Assembly (NCBI GenBank): GCA_963693365.1 | Contig: CAVNZM010000007.1 | Span: 4,709,962-4,773,961, forward strand | Direction: 5' to 3' | From: Amoebidium appalachense | Lineage: Eukaryota; Protista; Ichthyosporea | DNA length: 64,000 bases | Shown here: positions 1 through 24,094 of the stretch, piece by piece | How positions within the stretch are numbered: position 1 is the first letter of the stretch | Layout of the letters: each line of letters starts with the position of its first letter | The notes under the pieces: generated by a model | Seen by the model: only the letters and a program-made list of their open reading frames with translations | Told to the model about the DNA's origin: nothing | Database searches by the model: none | Made by a program: the position numbers and the translations under genes

Positions 1-129
1 TATATAGTCACCACCCGACATCTATGTACGTGATCATGATATACCGCTGAGGGGATATTCCGAGCAAAACCCCCCCCCCCCATACCTGAGACTGGTTCTC
101 TTTGCCTCGAGTAAACAGCGTAAACCCCC

Positions 130-577
130 TAATGATATATGAATCAAATAACCGAGTTAAAGTTTGCATAATGTATCAATAAAGTGAATGCTAAATCTTT
201 ATGGGTCATATCGTAACCGGATCATGTCGGCTCGTGTCCTCGCTGGACCTCGTTATTTCGGTCTCGCTCGGCCACTCGCCCCATGACTCCTGATTTATTG
301 ATCCGTTGATGAAGGCAACGTGCAGCCACAGGCTACATAATCAGGAGTCATGGGGCGAGTGGCCGAGCGAGACCGAAGTTATTTCGGCGAGCCGTCGGTT
401 ATTTTGGCGAGCCGATAGGCGAGCCAAAATAATCGACAAGGCGAGCCGAAATAACGAGGTCGAGCGAGGACACGAGCCGACATGATCCGGTTACGATATG
501 ACCCATAAAGATTTAGCATTCACTTTATTGATACATTATGCAAACTTTAACTCGGTTATTTGATTCATATATCATTA
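130..577. mobile_element. Foldback/MITE-like branched palindromic element
   Basis: 130-~261 is the near-perfect reverse complement of ~447-577 (taatgatatatgaatc... / ...gattcatatatcatta). Two further internal hairpins lie at ~256-378 and ~378-456. TA is present at both ends and there is no ORF. Confidence 0.65.
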
Positions 578-949
578 CATTCACATTTCAGGCTCATTTT
601 CCTTTGATTGGCTAGCAGCGCACTCACCCATTAACCCGGTTATTCGATTCCTCTAACCCAATAGAAATGTCCATAGCCTGGTTATTTCGGTGAGTGCGCT
701 CTAGGCCAATCACGGCAAGACTAACTGAAGTTAAAGGTCGTGTCGTCATCCAATCAGATCACACCCCGACGCACGGAATATCGTAACCCGAGTCAAAAGA
801 AGAAAAAAAAAAATATTTCAGTGAAGTCTGGAATTGGCACCCCCCCAAAATGTTCCCAAACATAAAATCATCATTCTACGGTGTGTGTCAATATACCATG
901 CTCACAAGTCAGTACTGCAATTATACTATTCTCGGTTTACTTCAAAGCA

Positions 950-992
<43 letters not shown>

Positions 993-1507
993 CCCCCGGC
1001 CCTCTTCCCATTCCCTGCCCCCCCCAAATTTTTTTATGTGGCTTTTCATACTCAGTGACTGGGGTCTACACCAATCATGGCACCCGTGTTTTCTAGATAT
1101 ATTTCCTTTCATTGTGTTCAACGTCTATGTGTGTGTGTGTGTGTGTGTGTGTGCATGTTTGTGTGTGTGTGAATGTGTGTGTGTGGGCTAAGTGAAGGTT
1201 GTATGCGCTTTTTTCTTCTTAGTTGTTTTTGTATTCTATTCGATTATTACTTTGTGTGTAAATGTGGAAAAAAAACAAATAAAAAAACAACGACCACCGC
1301 CCAGCTTGAATCACCCTAGCTCTAGTGTAAAACAATAATCATTATCAGTCACAAACCCTTCTACTACACTCGCCCCAAATGTCATTTTCACATTACTGAG
1401 TTGATTTAGTTGTGTTTTTTACTCTATTTTTTTCAACAACTGTCTGCTATTAAACAGTAAAATGTACATCTGTTTGTGTGTGTGTGTGTGTGTGTGTGCC
1501 ACAGGCC

Positions 1508-1551
<44 letters not shown>

Positions 1552-1707
1552 GAATTTACCGTCCTCATCCCCGTGTCCCCCTAAACCGGTGTTAGCGGAC
1601 CTTTGAGGTTTTTGTGATTGGATTGGTAGTTCTATTACATTAAAAATTTCAAAATGTCGTTGTACCAATGATATAATACGTTGTAAAACAAATGTCGCCG
1701 AATTTCT

Positions 1708-2413
1708 CTAAAAACAGTGCGTTCCATTCTGGGTTAGAAACCCAAACCGTTTTGATACGGGAATCACCTGATCTCTGCCGTCATTCAGCCCAGCGCGTTC
1801 ACAGTGAATCCGAAACCGCTGGTTTTTTTCTTTTTATTTCAAAGCCCCGAGTACGTACATCCTCTCGGGCCCAACTTTACGGCACTATATTTCAATTTTC
1901 TCATTATCAAATATATAGTTATTTTAGGCTTTTTCATTAGTATCGCAAGAATATTTAGTGATTTTGATGTCATAAAAACAACTAAGCAACGTTTCGATTG
2001 TTTTTGATGCCTCACAAAATGGCCTTAGGTCCCCTCCAAATTCCGGATTTGAGGTCCGGCACTAAAAAAGGTGCGTTCCATTCTGGGTTAGAAACGAAAA
2101 CCGTTTTGATACGGGAATCACCTGATCTCTGCCGTCATTCAGCCCAGCGCGTTCACAGTAGACTCCGAAACCGCTGGGGTTTTTTTTTATTTCAAAGCCC
2201 CGAGTACGTACATCCTCTCGGGCCCAACTTTACGGCACTATATTTCAATTTTCTCATTATCAAATATATAGTTATTTTAGGCTTTTTCATTAGTATCGCA
2301 AGAATATTTAGCGATTTTGATGTCATAAAACAACTAAGCAACGTTTCGATGGTTTTTGATGCCTCACAAAATGGCCTTTGGTCCCCTCCAAATTCCGGAT
2401 TTGAGGTCCGGCA
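1708..2413. repeat. Head-to-tail direct repeat, two copies of ~354 bp
   Basis: gtgcgttccattctgggttagaaac starts at 1717 and 2071. Both copies end in ...gatttgaggtccggca and differ by only a few substitutions and indels. Confidence 0.9.
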
Positions 2414-2484
2414 AACAACGCATTATATATATTGTTAATCATTACCTTTCAAAGTTTTCGAAGTATCATGATCTCCACCATCCG

Positions 2485-2554
<70 letters not shown>

Positions 2555-4006
2555 ACACACACTTTGATAATGGACTGGGGGGAGAGGGGGGGTGGGGGGC
2601 GGGGGGGGGGGGGGGGGGGGGGGGCATGCACACTGAGCCTAAAAACACACCTTATATTTATTACAGGAGGCCTGGAAAAACACAAAACTTCGAAAAACTT
2701 CATTTTTTGGAAGTCCTACAAGGTGGTAGAGTAGACTACGGTAGTCACGGTGCCCGGGGCTGGGGCCGGACTGCCAGAGAAAAAAGCCTTTTGAGTTTTG
2801 GCATATTATGCGTGACGTCACTCGCACTATCCATACGCGTATGTATGATACATACCGGCTAGCTGCATCCGTTTTCTTAGTTCGAAGAAAGAAGAAAAAA
2901 GATATCTTATGTATGATAAAATATACTCACTAATTAACATTTTATAATAACCGTTGCATAGTATTGCAGTTTGCCGCTGCCTGAGACATCAAAGCACTTT
3001 GAAGCAAGCTGCTAGAACCAGATAGCAAGTGTACTGTAGTGTGTGGGAAAGCCTTATGCTTTTTGTAGCCAATCCAAACTTTCCTATGATAAAGGGTGCA
3101 AAAGATGTTGAAAGTGACTATAATGGAGAAATCACACAAGCTTTCAGTGATTTATTAACATTTTTGCAATCTGAGTCTGTGCGTGGGAATAACTTTAAAT
3201 ATTAAAAGTAAAATATAAAAATTTGTGTGATATCAATGAGGCCGTAACACTGCGGCCTTCTCCAGGCCGGGAGCCTGGACCAGACTGCCTGGTGATGAAT
3301 GAGGACTTGTGTGTAACGTGTAACTTTGAAAGCTGGTACGTGATTGCTTCAAAGTCACGGGTTGGCCATAGATGCAAACCCCCTGGAATGTTTGTTGGCC
3401 TCTGCACGGTTCAAAATATCAAGCTGTTAACGACAATACAGTACTGCCGTGATTTGCATTATTCATATATAAATTATAAACTTGCAAATATTATGGGTAT
3501 TGTGCATAAATCAGCGCCTATATTGTCTTATCAACGTTATCTTCCAGATTCATATATGCGGGCAACACAGCAGACAGGTGCGTGGGAGGGCCCGGCCCCG
3601 GGCCAGATCGATCGCGGTATGCGAGCTTCGCCAAATCTGCATGATTATCAGCAAACTTCAAAATGAGGAACACACCGAATATGTCTGTCCTGCGTTTTGG
3701 ATTTCATTAAGGATCATTCTTTTAAAATTGTCATGTTATAAGCACATTCAATACTTCAAGGTGCGCACAGCGCAGACCGGAGAGGCTGGAGTGCCTTGGA
3801 ATATTCTAGCACGTTCCAATTGGCTACATGCTCTTACCAATAGCATTCTTGACAAATAGAGATTTGCCGCGCTCAAGGCGATATCTGCTTTGGCACTGGT
3901 TGGCTACAGATCAGGTACTCTGATAGCCTGTGCATGTCTCAGTTTGTCTATAAATGCCAACCGTGCTCCACATGAAGCTATACAAGAAGTGTCGAAATAA
4001 CTGAAA

Positions 4007-4613
4007 ATGTGTATGGCTGGGTATAATCTAGAACGGCGCGTTTCCTTTGCGCCTGAGGTCTATGTAAAAGAGTATGACACCACACAGGCACCACGGTTTT
4101 GTGGGGAACACACACACATGAAGCTAGCGGCAAGATTTGTCAATTCAGCGAGTACCTTGCTAAAGAGTAGCTTGAGCAGCCCCAAGACACAACCGAAGTG
4201 TGAGCCTTATGCACCACGAGTGGAGCCTGTGGGCAGACGAGACGTAGTGCTCAACACAGAGCGCTGTTTGGACACAACCGCCCACTGCTCGCTGGCCCGC
4301 GTCAGATTCGATTCGCGTGCGTCTAGACTGGTTGGCACAGTGCAGACGCGGAACGTGGGCCACACACGAGCACACACGGAGGTGTTTGTGCGTGTCACCT
4401 ACGACTCATGGGCCACGTACCAGGATGTCCCGGGCGCGCTTTGTGCTCGGGTGCTCTTCTGTCGTGGACGTCTATGCGTTCGCCATACCGGTGCCGGGCT
4501 ACCTGCTGGTTGGGCATAGTGTTGAGTTTGCCGTGTGCTGTAAGGCCTCGCACGCCACTTACTGGGACAACAACAGCGCTGCAAACTACCGTGCCAAAGT
4601 GGTTGAGCCATAG
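4007..4613 (+). CDS. PP1 glycogen-targeting regulatory subunit-like protein (PPP1R3 family: RVxF + CBM21), intronless, with a 1-nt frameshift near 4432-4434
   Basis: ORF 4007 contains RRVSF and the N-half of CBM21 (GTVQTRN...EVFVRVTYDSWATYQDVP). The overlapping frame ending at 4613 continues with DVYAFAIPVP...VEFAVCCKASHATYWDNNSAANYR. Removing one G of cgggcg joins the two frames. A TATA-like tataaat lies at ~3948. Confidence 0.75.
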
Positions 4614-5508
4614 AGACTGTCGTGAACGAATGAATCCCCTTTTTGACGGTGGTGTGTAGGCAATTTTTTTTTGATCGTTTTGTTGTCTGCCTGCCCTCTT
4701 TGGTGTGCACCGGCCCCACGAGCGAACTCCTTTGTACATAACCGATTCTCTCGTTGCCCGTGTAAAGGGATGCCTGGACCTTCAGATATCGGATTTTCTT
4801 ACGCGCGCGCGCGCGTATTGATTTGTATTGTGGCGCGCGTATTGATTTGTATTGTACTGAACGTATGCACGAATGTTTTTTTGCTAGCAGTGAGACACTA
4901 CTGTTGAATATGAGTATGAAGTGTACAGGCGACTGGTTTTCGCTTTTCGAAGTTTTTCCTTTCCCAGCAGGTACTGGGGCTATGAGCTATCAGGATGGAA
5001 ATAAACATTCCTGCATCCTCACCTACGCGGTTATCACTTACCAAGTACCTCAAGTACTTGGATACACGGGGCCAGGCTGACCGGGGGTTTATACCACTGA
5101 ACAGCCCCCCCCTCTCACACCCTCTTTTCCCTGTCCTCTCTAAAACATAAACACACTGCTTGGTAACCGTTAAAGATATGTATGCGTAGCCGGACACAAC
5201 CCATCAAATCTTCCAAACGCACAGTGGTATAACACTTCTGGTAACACACTTTTTTTTTTTTTTATGAGAGCAGCTGGACTTGCTATGTTCCATTTGCACC
5301 ATGGTAGATGACGTTGTTATGACGTAACTGATGCCCCTTTAGCCAATCAGCAGGCCGAATTTGTTTTCCCCACAGTGATCATCTGAGTGACCATTCAAGT
5401 TCAACCCATGGGACTCCCTTGTTGTTCACATGTGGGACATGTCTGTGCCTGTGACAGCCCAGCCGCCTACGAGTTGAGACCTGCACTGGCCTGAAGAGTG
5501 TCGGCACT

Positions 5509-11381
<5,873 letters not shown>

Positions 11382-12374
11382 ATGGGCCCAGCTATTGCGA
11401 ATATAAAAACCGACAAAGTATAGGTGCGCTATAATCATATAGAATCTATAAATTATGGGCCCATGTGGCCATGTGTAGGTTGCTGTATGGGCCTAAACGG
11501 TCATAGCTATAGGTGGCATGGGTCAGGACACCGTGGGGCTATGAGTAGCAGCAAGCAGCTTAGATACTCGATTAGAAGGGATGGGGGTGTTTCGGTACGG
11601 GTATCTGGTTGCTGGCGGGGAGGGTTGGGTCTTGGTGTGTGTGAGGTAGCGCTGTGAGGTCCAGGCATGGGCTGAAATATAAACGAATGAGCGTGAAGTG
11701 TTGGCGTGGCCAAATGGAAGCCACAGCTGCAGAGAAAATAAGCTTTGATGTATTGAAAAACTCGTCTCCAAACCAGCCTCTTCCCCCCCCCCCCCCTCCC
11801 CCCGGTGCGAGTGCGCGCACACATAGATGTGCACATATGTACACACAAACACACAGTAATACACACACGCACGCACACACACACACACACGCACACACAT
11901 ACAAACAACCACCCTTGCCGCCAGGACAACACACGTAACGCGAGCGGGTGCACAAGTAAACACAGCCTTCAACACCACACCTACCACCACCGCCACATGT
12001 ACACTACTCTCACACACACACAACCACCACCACACACAAACACACACACGCACATTTTGAACAACACAAATGCCCGAAAGCCCCCATTGCCCACTTGCCA
12101 CGTACCCACACACACGGCCTGTGCAGCCACGTGCACGACATATTGTTTGGGGATATATTTACCAGTCATGCCACCAGGGCCATCTATTTATAGCCGCCAA
12201 TCACATCACATCATTGCCCTGCCCGGCCAGCGGGCACCCAGGAACCACTGGTCCCTATTTTATCGTCGTTACGGCGCCTCCCAGCACACGCCTATCTGTC
12301 CATATGCAACATACAATCATGCCCCCCCCCCCCCCCCCCCCCCCCCCCCGGACACACACAACACCCACACACTA

Positions 12375-12627
12375 TTACTGCCTCTTCTTGTACTTCTTGT
12401 ATCGTTTGGCCTCTGATGGGCTCAGGAAGTGGTTGATGACTGCCTCCTCTTGCTCTTCCTGTGTGCACACCAACGTCAGACACGTACAGAACATGCATGT
12501 GCACACATGTACACGCAGACACTACCCCAAACACCCGCACATCACACACACACGGTCACCTCCTCTTCTCCTCACCCCCCTGCCACACAAACCCGCACAT
12601 GCACGAACGAACGGACGGATGCACACG

Positions 12628-12674
<47 letters not shown>

Positions 12675-13308
12675 ACCCACCCACCCACCCACACACGCAC
12701 CCACCTTGTAAGCTGCGTGGTTCTCAGGCACCCAAAGCTCCCTCATGATCAGCTCATCCCTCTGCTCCTGGCTGTGCCGTGCCCAGTTCTTCTCACTAAT
12801 ATACAATGCCTTTCTGGTCAGGTAGTTGCGCTCATACTCGTTGTAGGGTTCACCTCGTGACCGCCGGTGGTACCACCTGAATCGTGAAAAGTGAGAAAAA
12901 AAAGGGGGGAGGGGGAGGGGGGGGATTTCAATGCGCCATCAAGTATGAAGTACACATTGACAAAGGGGGGGGGGCAGATGCTTGTGTGTACAGACGTTGC
13001 ACGTGTACACTCCCCTGGGCAAGAGAGACAAGAAAAGTGCAGCATGTGTGTGTTTATGATGTGTACTGATTGGGCAGAGGGGTGACTTATTAGGCCTAGC
13101 TGGGGTGGCTGGCACACAGTGGCATGTCATCACATGCCCCAACCATGGACACAGCCCGTTTGTGTTCAGGAGCAGTGCACGTGTATGCTCGTGCCGCAGT
13201 GCAGGTGTAGTGTGCACATGTGCATGTTTGTTTGCACGTGCATGTGTGTGTATGGTGTGTGTGTGTGTGTGTGCATGGGTTGTGCGTGTGTGTGTGTGTG
13301 TGCATGGG

Positions 13309-13356
<48 letters not shown>

Positions 13357-13494
13357 ATGGGTCGTGTGTGTGTGTGTGTGTGTGTGAGTGAGTGTGTGTG
13401 TGCATGGGTCGTGTGTGTGTGTGTGTGTGAGTGAGTGAGTGTGTGTGTGTGTGTGCATGGGTCGTGTGTGTGTGTGTGTGTGTGTGTGCATGGG

Positions 13495-13543
<49 letters not shown>

Positions 13544-13566
13544 TGTAAGCATGTGTGCATGGGTTG

Positions 13567-13597
<31 letters not shown>

Positions 13598-13704
13598 GTG
13601 TATGTGTGTGTGTGTGTGTCTGTGTGTGTGCATGTAAGCATGTGTGTATGGTGTGTGTGTGTGTGTGTGTGTGTGTGTGCATGGGTAAGCATGTGTGCAT
13701 GGGT

Positions 13705-13780
<76 letters not shown>

Positions 13781-13844
13781 TGTAAGCATGTGTGTATGGT
13801 GGGCGTGTGTGTGTGTGTGTGTGTGTAAGCATGTGTGCATGGGT

Positions 13845-13911
<67 letters not shown>

Positions 13912-13974
13912 ATGTAAGCATGTGTGTATGGTGGGCGTGTGTGTGTGTGTGTGTGTAAGCATGTGTGCATGGGT

Positions 13975-14011
<37 letters not shown>

Positions 14012-14059
14012 GTATGTGTGTGTGTGTGTGTTTGTGTGTGCATGTAAGCATGTGTGTAT

Positions 14060-14095
<36 letters not shown>

Positions 14096-14171
14096 GGTAA
14101 GCATGTGTGCATGGGTTCTCTCTCTCTCTCTCTGTATGTGTGTGTGTGTGTGCATGTAAGCATGTGTGTAT

Positions 14172-14211
<40 letters not shown>

Positions 14212-14230
14212 GGTAAGCATGTGTGAATGG

Positions 14231-14277
<47 letters not shown>

Positions 14278-14283
14278 GTGTAT

Positions 14284-14326
<43 letters not shown>

Positions 14327-15077
14327 CACATGTGCGTGCCTGCACTTGTATCGATGTGCATGTGTGCACTTGTGTGTGTGTGTTTGTGTGCGTGTGCAGC
14401 ACACAAAAGCTTGTGCACCCAATTGCAACCAGGAATCGAATCAAGCCAACTGAAAACACAGGGGACCACCACTATCTTTGCCCTTCCCTCCTTCCCATCA
14501 GCCCCATCTACTTCTCATCTCCCACCCACCCCACCTCATCAATCAACAGTTAAACACCCCCATAACCACACCCCCGCCAGACTCCTTCTCATCCCCCCCC
14601 CCCCCCCCCTCCCCCCCTTCTCCTCACTCTCGACCTTCGTATCCGACCAAGTGCCCCCCCCCCCCCTCCCCCTCCCGCCATTCTCCCCCCTCCCCCCCAC
14701 ACACACTCCTCCTCCTCCTCCCCCCTTCCCCCCTCACCTGATGTACTCCACAATGGTCACAGGCAGCCACACCGGGTACGTGAGTATTTTGCACCACAGC
14801 ACATCCCCCCATGCACACTGCTCCAGGTTGGCCTCCACCGCCATCTCCTCACCGTACAGGGAGAGAATAGCCTGCACAGGTAAAGTGTCACCACCACAGT
14901 AAACACTCTTGCTTGCTTGCTCGTCCAACAACCCCCCCTCTTCCCCCCCCACAAACACCCACATACACCACCCCACCCCCATCCAGCCTTCCCTTCCCCT
15001 CCCAGCCCCCTCAATACAGGGGTTCTCAGAAATGCATTTGACCACCCTGCATGCCCTCCCTCCCTCCCTCCCTCCCT

Positions 15078-15123
<46 letters not shown>

Positions 15124-15124
15124 A

Positions 15125-15155
<31 letters not shown>

Positions 15156-17119
15156 CATACCTCTCAAGTCTCCCCCGTCTTTCCGTTTCCTAACCCATAA
15201 ATGCAAAAACTCACCCTTTTTCAAACCCCCAAAAGAAAATCATTCCCTAATCTCCCGACCCACACAACCTTTCAGCAACCACACACACATATCCATTGCT
15301 GGCCAAGACACTGACACCTACGCACATCCATTAAATCCACACACCATCCCCCCCCCCCCCCCCCCCCCTCCCCCCACACACCCCCCCCCCCCCCCCCCCG
15401 TGCCACCTATACAGCTCACAAACCACCCCTCGAACCAATTCCCCATTGCCTCGTCCCCAGCCCCATATATCCTCCCTCCCCCCACCCCCACCCCCCCCCC
15501 CCCCCCCCCCCCACACACACACCCCAGACACACACACACATACCCCTCCCGCTCAAGCCACCCCTACCCTCGATTCTTCCCAGCCACACACCTGCCTATC
15601 CCCCCCCCCCCCCCCCCCCCCCACCACCACCACCATCACCCCCTTCTCCCCCCCTCCTTCTCTCACCTTTATCTGGTCCTGTTTGGGCAGATCCTTCCCC
15701 TTATCCGTCTTGACCAATGCCCCATATCCCTCCCTCTCCGCCCTAGTCACATAGTGGCGTAGGATCTTATCATCGGCCCCCAGTGCCCCACTCAGGTTGT
15801 GCACATAGGACCAGTTGACAAAGTAGTACTGGCCCAGGGAAATCAGGGTGAACAGCACAAACAGCACCTGTGCACACAGTCAGTATGTGGCTAGTTGATA
15901 GGCACAGGGGGGTGTCCTTGTGTTAGTGCTGTAAAGGTTGAACACTGCTTCTCGGTACCATAGCCCCGTTTAACCCCCTCCCCCTCCCCCACTGCAGGAC
16001 ACACACACACACACTCACCAAATTGCCCACTACAATCCTCCCCCTCCCCTCGCTCCCCCCCCCCCCCCCCCCCCCCCCGCCGGTATCATTATCACCCCTC
16101 ACCTCCCCTGCCCCCTTTCCCCCCTACCCCCCCGGCTGGCCCCAGCCCCCTGGCACATCCGCCCACTTGCCCACCCAGTTTTCCTTATTGGCCCATCCCC
16201 CCCCCTCCCCTCCACCCCTCCACCCCCCCCCCCCCTAACCCTAAGCACCGCCAATCTGGCGCCCACGACCCACCCACCCCCCATGCCACCATACAATGAC
16301 CGCATAGAGAGCACCAAGAGATAGCACTATGCAGGGGCACGTACAGCCCAGACATTCAGCTGCTGGCTGACCCTTGTCCTGTGGTAGTACCACCAGTGGC
16401 GGAAGAACTCATCAGGGTTGGCCAGCAGGTGGTCGTAGTTCTTGCGGGACTCATCCTCCTTGAGTGTCTCGTAGGCTGCAGTGAAAACGTGTGTGTGAGT
16501 GCACTGGATGCAGGCCTGATGTGCACAAGTGTGTACGTGCCTGTGTGTGTGTGTATGTCGGCCTGCATGTGGCCTAGGTGTGTGTGTCTGCTGGTGTGTG
16601 GCCTACGTATGTGTGGAGCCTTTTCCATGAATCGAGACCCCGGCACACGGGGAGGGAAGGGACAGGGGGCATGGGGGAGAAGGGGGGGGGGGGAAGCTCG
16701 TCTGTCTGGGGCTGCATGAAGTTGCACATGCACAGTGTGTGGCCTTGTGTGTCGTGTGCGATATGGCTGTGTGTGCAAGCATAGACATGGTTGTGTGTGG
16801 CTCGATATGCACGTATAATGGATCGTGTGACTGTACATGCACAGGCCTGTGTGTGTGGTCTGAACATAGCCCATGGAGGCCCATACGCTGTGCCCGTGTC
16901 TCCCCGTGTGTGCACGTGCCCCCCACCTATGCGTATTCTGTGCCACTCCTTCTGCAACTCTGCATATGTGGCCGGGTCTTTCATGGCCTCCGGGTTCTTG
17001 TCTGGGTGTCTTTCTTTCTGGAGCTTTCGGTAGACACGGGCAATATCCTTTTTGCTGGCTTTGGCGTCCACCTGAAGTGGCAGGTAGGTGTGTGGTGTGT
17101 GTGTGCGCGCGCGTGTGCA

Positions 17120-17168
<49 letters not shown>

Positions 17169-17181
17169 GTGCGCGTGCGTG

Positions 17182-17238
<57 letters not shown>

Positions 17239-18024
17239 TTTGTGTTGTTGTTTGTGTGCGTGTATTGTGTGTGTGTCGTGTGTGTGTGTTATGTGTATGT
17301 GTTATGTGTGTGTCGTGTGTGTGTGTGCGTGCGCATGTGGGCAGACGAGCGTGTGGGTGTTCATGTGCGTGTGTGGGCGTGCGTGTGTGGGTGACGAAGG
17401 GTGGTTAGGCTGGATGTGGATTTTCTTGAATATGCCTGTCTTTCCCGTTGCTTGTGTGCTATGCGATTGCTTTTGTACATTTGTGCAAGCAAGCACGCAC
17501 CCGAAATCGGAGCGTAGTGTTAGTTTCGGTGTGGCACACAAAGAGTGGGGGCCGGGCAGACCACCTGTCACACGATTTGCTCCCTCGACAGTTGAATACA
17601 AAGAGTTCGCTGCCCATAAGAAATGACATACTTGTAGCTAGTGCAAGAAGGACGATCTTCAGAACCCAACCTAGTCCCGAGCAAATATGTTCTTGGTTTC
17701 ACCAACCATGGGAGATCCCACGTGTGAAATTGAAGCTGCCAAATGACCGACATCCTGTAAGTAGCAGCAAAGACAGGCATGATTCGTTATTATAAGCACA
17801 GATTTATGCGGCAAAAACGGAGGAAAGAGACCCTTTATTGGGAGGCGGAGGGGGGGAGGGGCGGGGGGGGAGGGGGAAGGGGGGGGGAGTGGAGGAAGAC
17901 TCACGCCCAAGACATCGTAGCAGTTCTGCTTGCCGCAGTACATACCCTCGTACAGCGCGTCCACACACACACACCCCAGCAGCAGCAGCAGCAGCAGGCT
18001 GCCCAATCGCCCCCGTAACCTCAT
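12375..18024 (-). CDS. DNAJC25: DnaJ subfamily C member 25-like membrane J-protein, 7 exons
   Basis: A signal peptide is followed by LYEGMYCGKQNCYDVLGV, a J domain with HPD (17071-16927), AYETLKED..YD.LL.NP, TM segments, ELWVPEN and a terminal KRYKKYKKRQ*. Phase-consistent GT-AG introns. Confidence 0.85.
13250..14325. repeat. Compound intronic minisatellite ((GT)n, (CT)n, gcatgtaagcatgtgtg spacers)
   Basis: Recurring gtaagcatgtgtgcatgggtt-(ct)n-gtat-(gt)n higher-order units within a DNAJC25 intron. Confidence 0.85.
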
Positions 18025-18452
18025 GTTTGTTAAGAAACAGCGCCGGGTGACCCCCGGTGGTTTGATGCAACCTGAGAGGAGAGAAGGGGTTGTGGCGGGC
18101 AAAGGGATTGATGTGTTGCCAAGGAGTTGTGGGAACTTTGGAACAGAGGACCAAGTCTTAAATAAATATCGGGATATTTAAGGGCCCCTTAAGATGTGTG
18201 GCCGAAAATTTTAGATGGCAGTGTAAGTAGGTGTGCAATTTGTCTTGTTTATTTTAGGTTTTGAAGAGGTTACTGACCGGCCTTCGAACATAAACTTCGA
18301 GTCAAGTACGTAGGTTTGTTTTAGGTGTTATACATATGTCCGGTGAAGCAAGTATAGACATACGCCCTTGTTAGCTATTGCTTCCAGTAACAACTGAGCA
18401 GAGGCACGCACACCTCCACCACACGCACACAGAGCCGCCCGCACCAGCCACT

Positions 18453-22558
<4,106 letters not shown>

Positions 22559-22801
22559 TGCTACACTTCTTTTACTATCGTATGGTGGTGGTTGTTGCTT
22601 TTATGTGCATGTGTGCACACGCCAAACCGGGTTTAAGAGGCCACGTATGATTGGCTGTGTCAGTGCTTGGAAGAAAAAAGACTAGTTGTAAGGATGCCAG
22701 TGTGATGGTGCGAGATGGTTTTTTTTTTTTTTTTTTTTTTTTGGGGGGGGGGGGGGGGGAGGGGGGAGGGGAGGGAGGGGGGGACAGGGGGAGGTGTGTG
22801 T

Positions 22802-22832
<31 letters not shown>

Positions 22833-23413
22833 GGTTAGCTCTTCCGGTTTGTTACGAATGTTAGCAAGACCTCACATGGTTGAGATAGCCTATGAGGCCA
22901 CATGTACACATATCTGAGGGCCCAACACACAGTCTGCATGAATGAATACAAACGACACTGATATGATGGATTCTCCTGATCGGACTGACATTCCCCGATT
23001 CGGAAGGTGTTTAGTGTACTCTATGGCGTTTTACCCACCCCCCACCCCCCCCCCCCCCCCCCCCCCCCCCCCAGCCCCCGGAGGGCTCTGCCTGTGGAGC
23101 ATTCTCTTTCATTGTTGCAAAATGCATTGTGGTGTCTGTCATGGATGGGCACTTTGTCCTCTGTAACAGCATTATGACCGGCATCCCCCCCCCCCCCCCC
23201 CCCCCCTCCTTTCGAACCAAATTGAAGTAATGGCTTCAACATGGCAACATTACATGCATGCACACGCTCGCTTGCGCGCGCACACACACAGATGCAACGA
23301 ACACGCGCACGCGCGCGCGCGTGTGCACACACACACACACACACACACACATCTGTACCGTAACACACACCTATGCGCGCGCGCACACACACACACACTC
23401 ACACACACTCACA

Positions 23414-23465
<52 letters not shown>

Positions 23466-24094
23466 GTGCTGCCGGATTTCTCTCTCCCCCCCCCCCTCCC
23501 CCCCTCCCCCCTCTCTCTCTCCCCCTCTCCCTCTCTTTCTCCCACTCTCGTTCTCTCTCTCCCCCTCTCTTTCTCCCCCCCGAATTCTAGATCTCTCCCG
23601 TGCGCTCCCCCCTCCTCCCCCCTCTCTCCCAGTGTGTATCTTTCCACGTGATCCTGAGCTCGTACACACGTTTCACTATGATAATGCATAATGGATGTTT
23701 GCCGAAGTTGCTGGTCCTATTCGCTAATTAGTAAGTCTTGAATACACGTGAAATGGAGGGCGGGGGAGGGCCGGGCTCCTCCTCTTCCCCCAAGGTAACC
23801 CCAGGGGGTGGGCGGTTACCCCCCTCCCACCACTCTCTCCTCCAACCACCCTCTGGGGTGAGATGAACCCACCTGTCTGGTACATGGGGTCCTCCCCCCT
23901 CCCCCCCCCCCCCCCCCCCCCTCCCCCCCTCCCTCTCCCCCTGCTGCACGATGAGTCAAACGTTCCTCTCCCCCGTGACCCCACGTAGCACCCATTCCCC
24001 CTATTCGTTACGATCAGTGCTTACAGTTATCATATTTCGGCGCCAACGTTATCGTGCACATTGTGCAGTGTTCGTGTATCGTGTGTGTGTGATT

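Noticed and set aside
3195-3859. ORFs of 70-147 aa upstream of the CBM21 gene
   Set aside because: No recognisable domain, and they rely on non-ATG starts.
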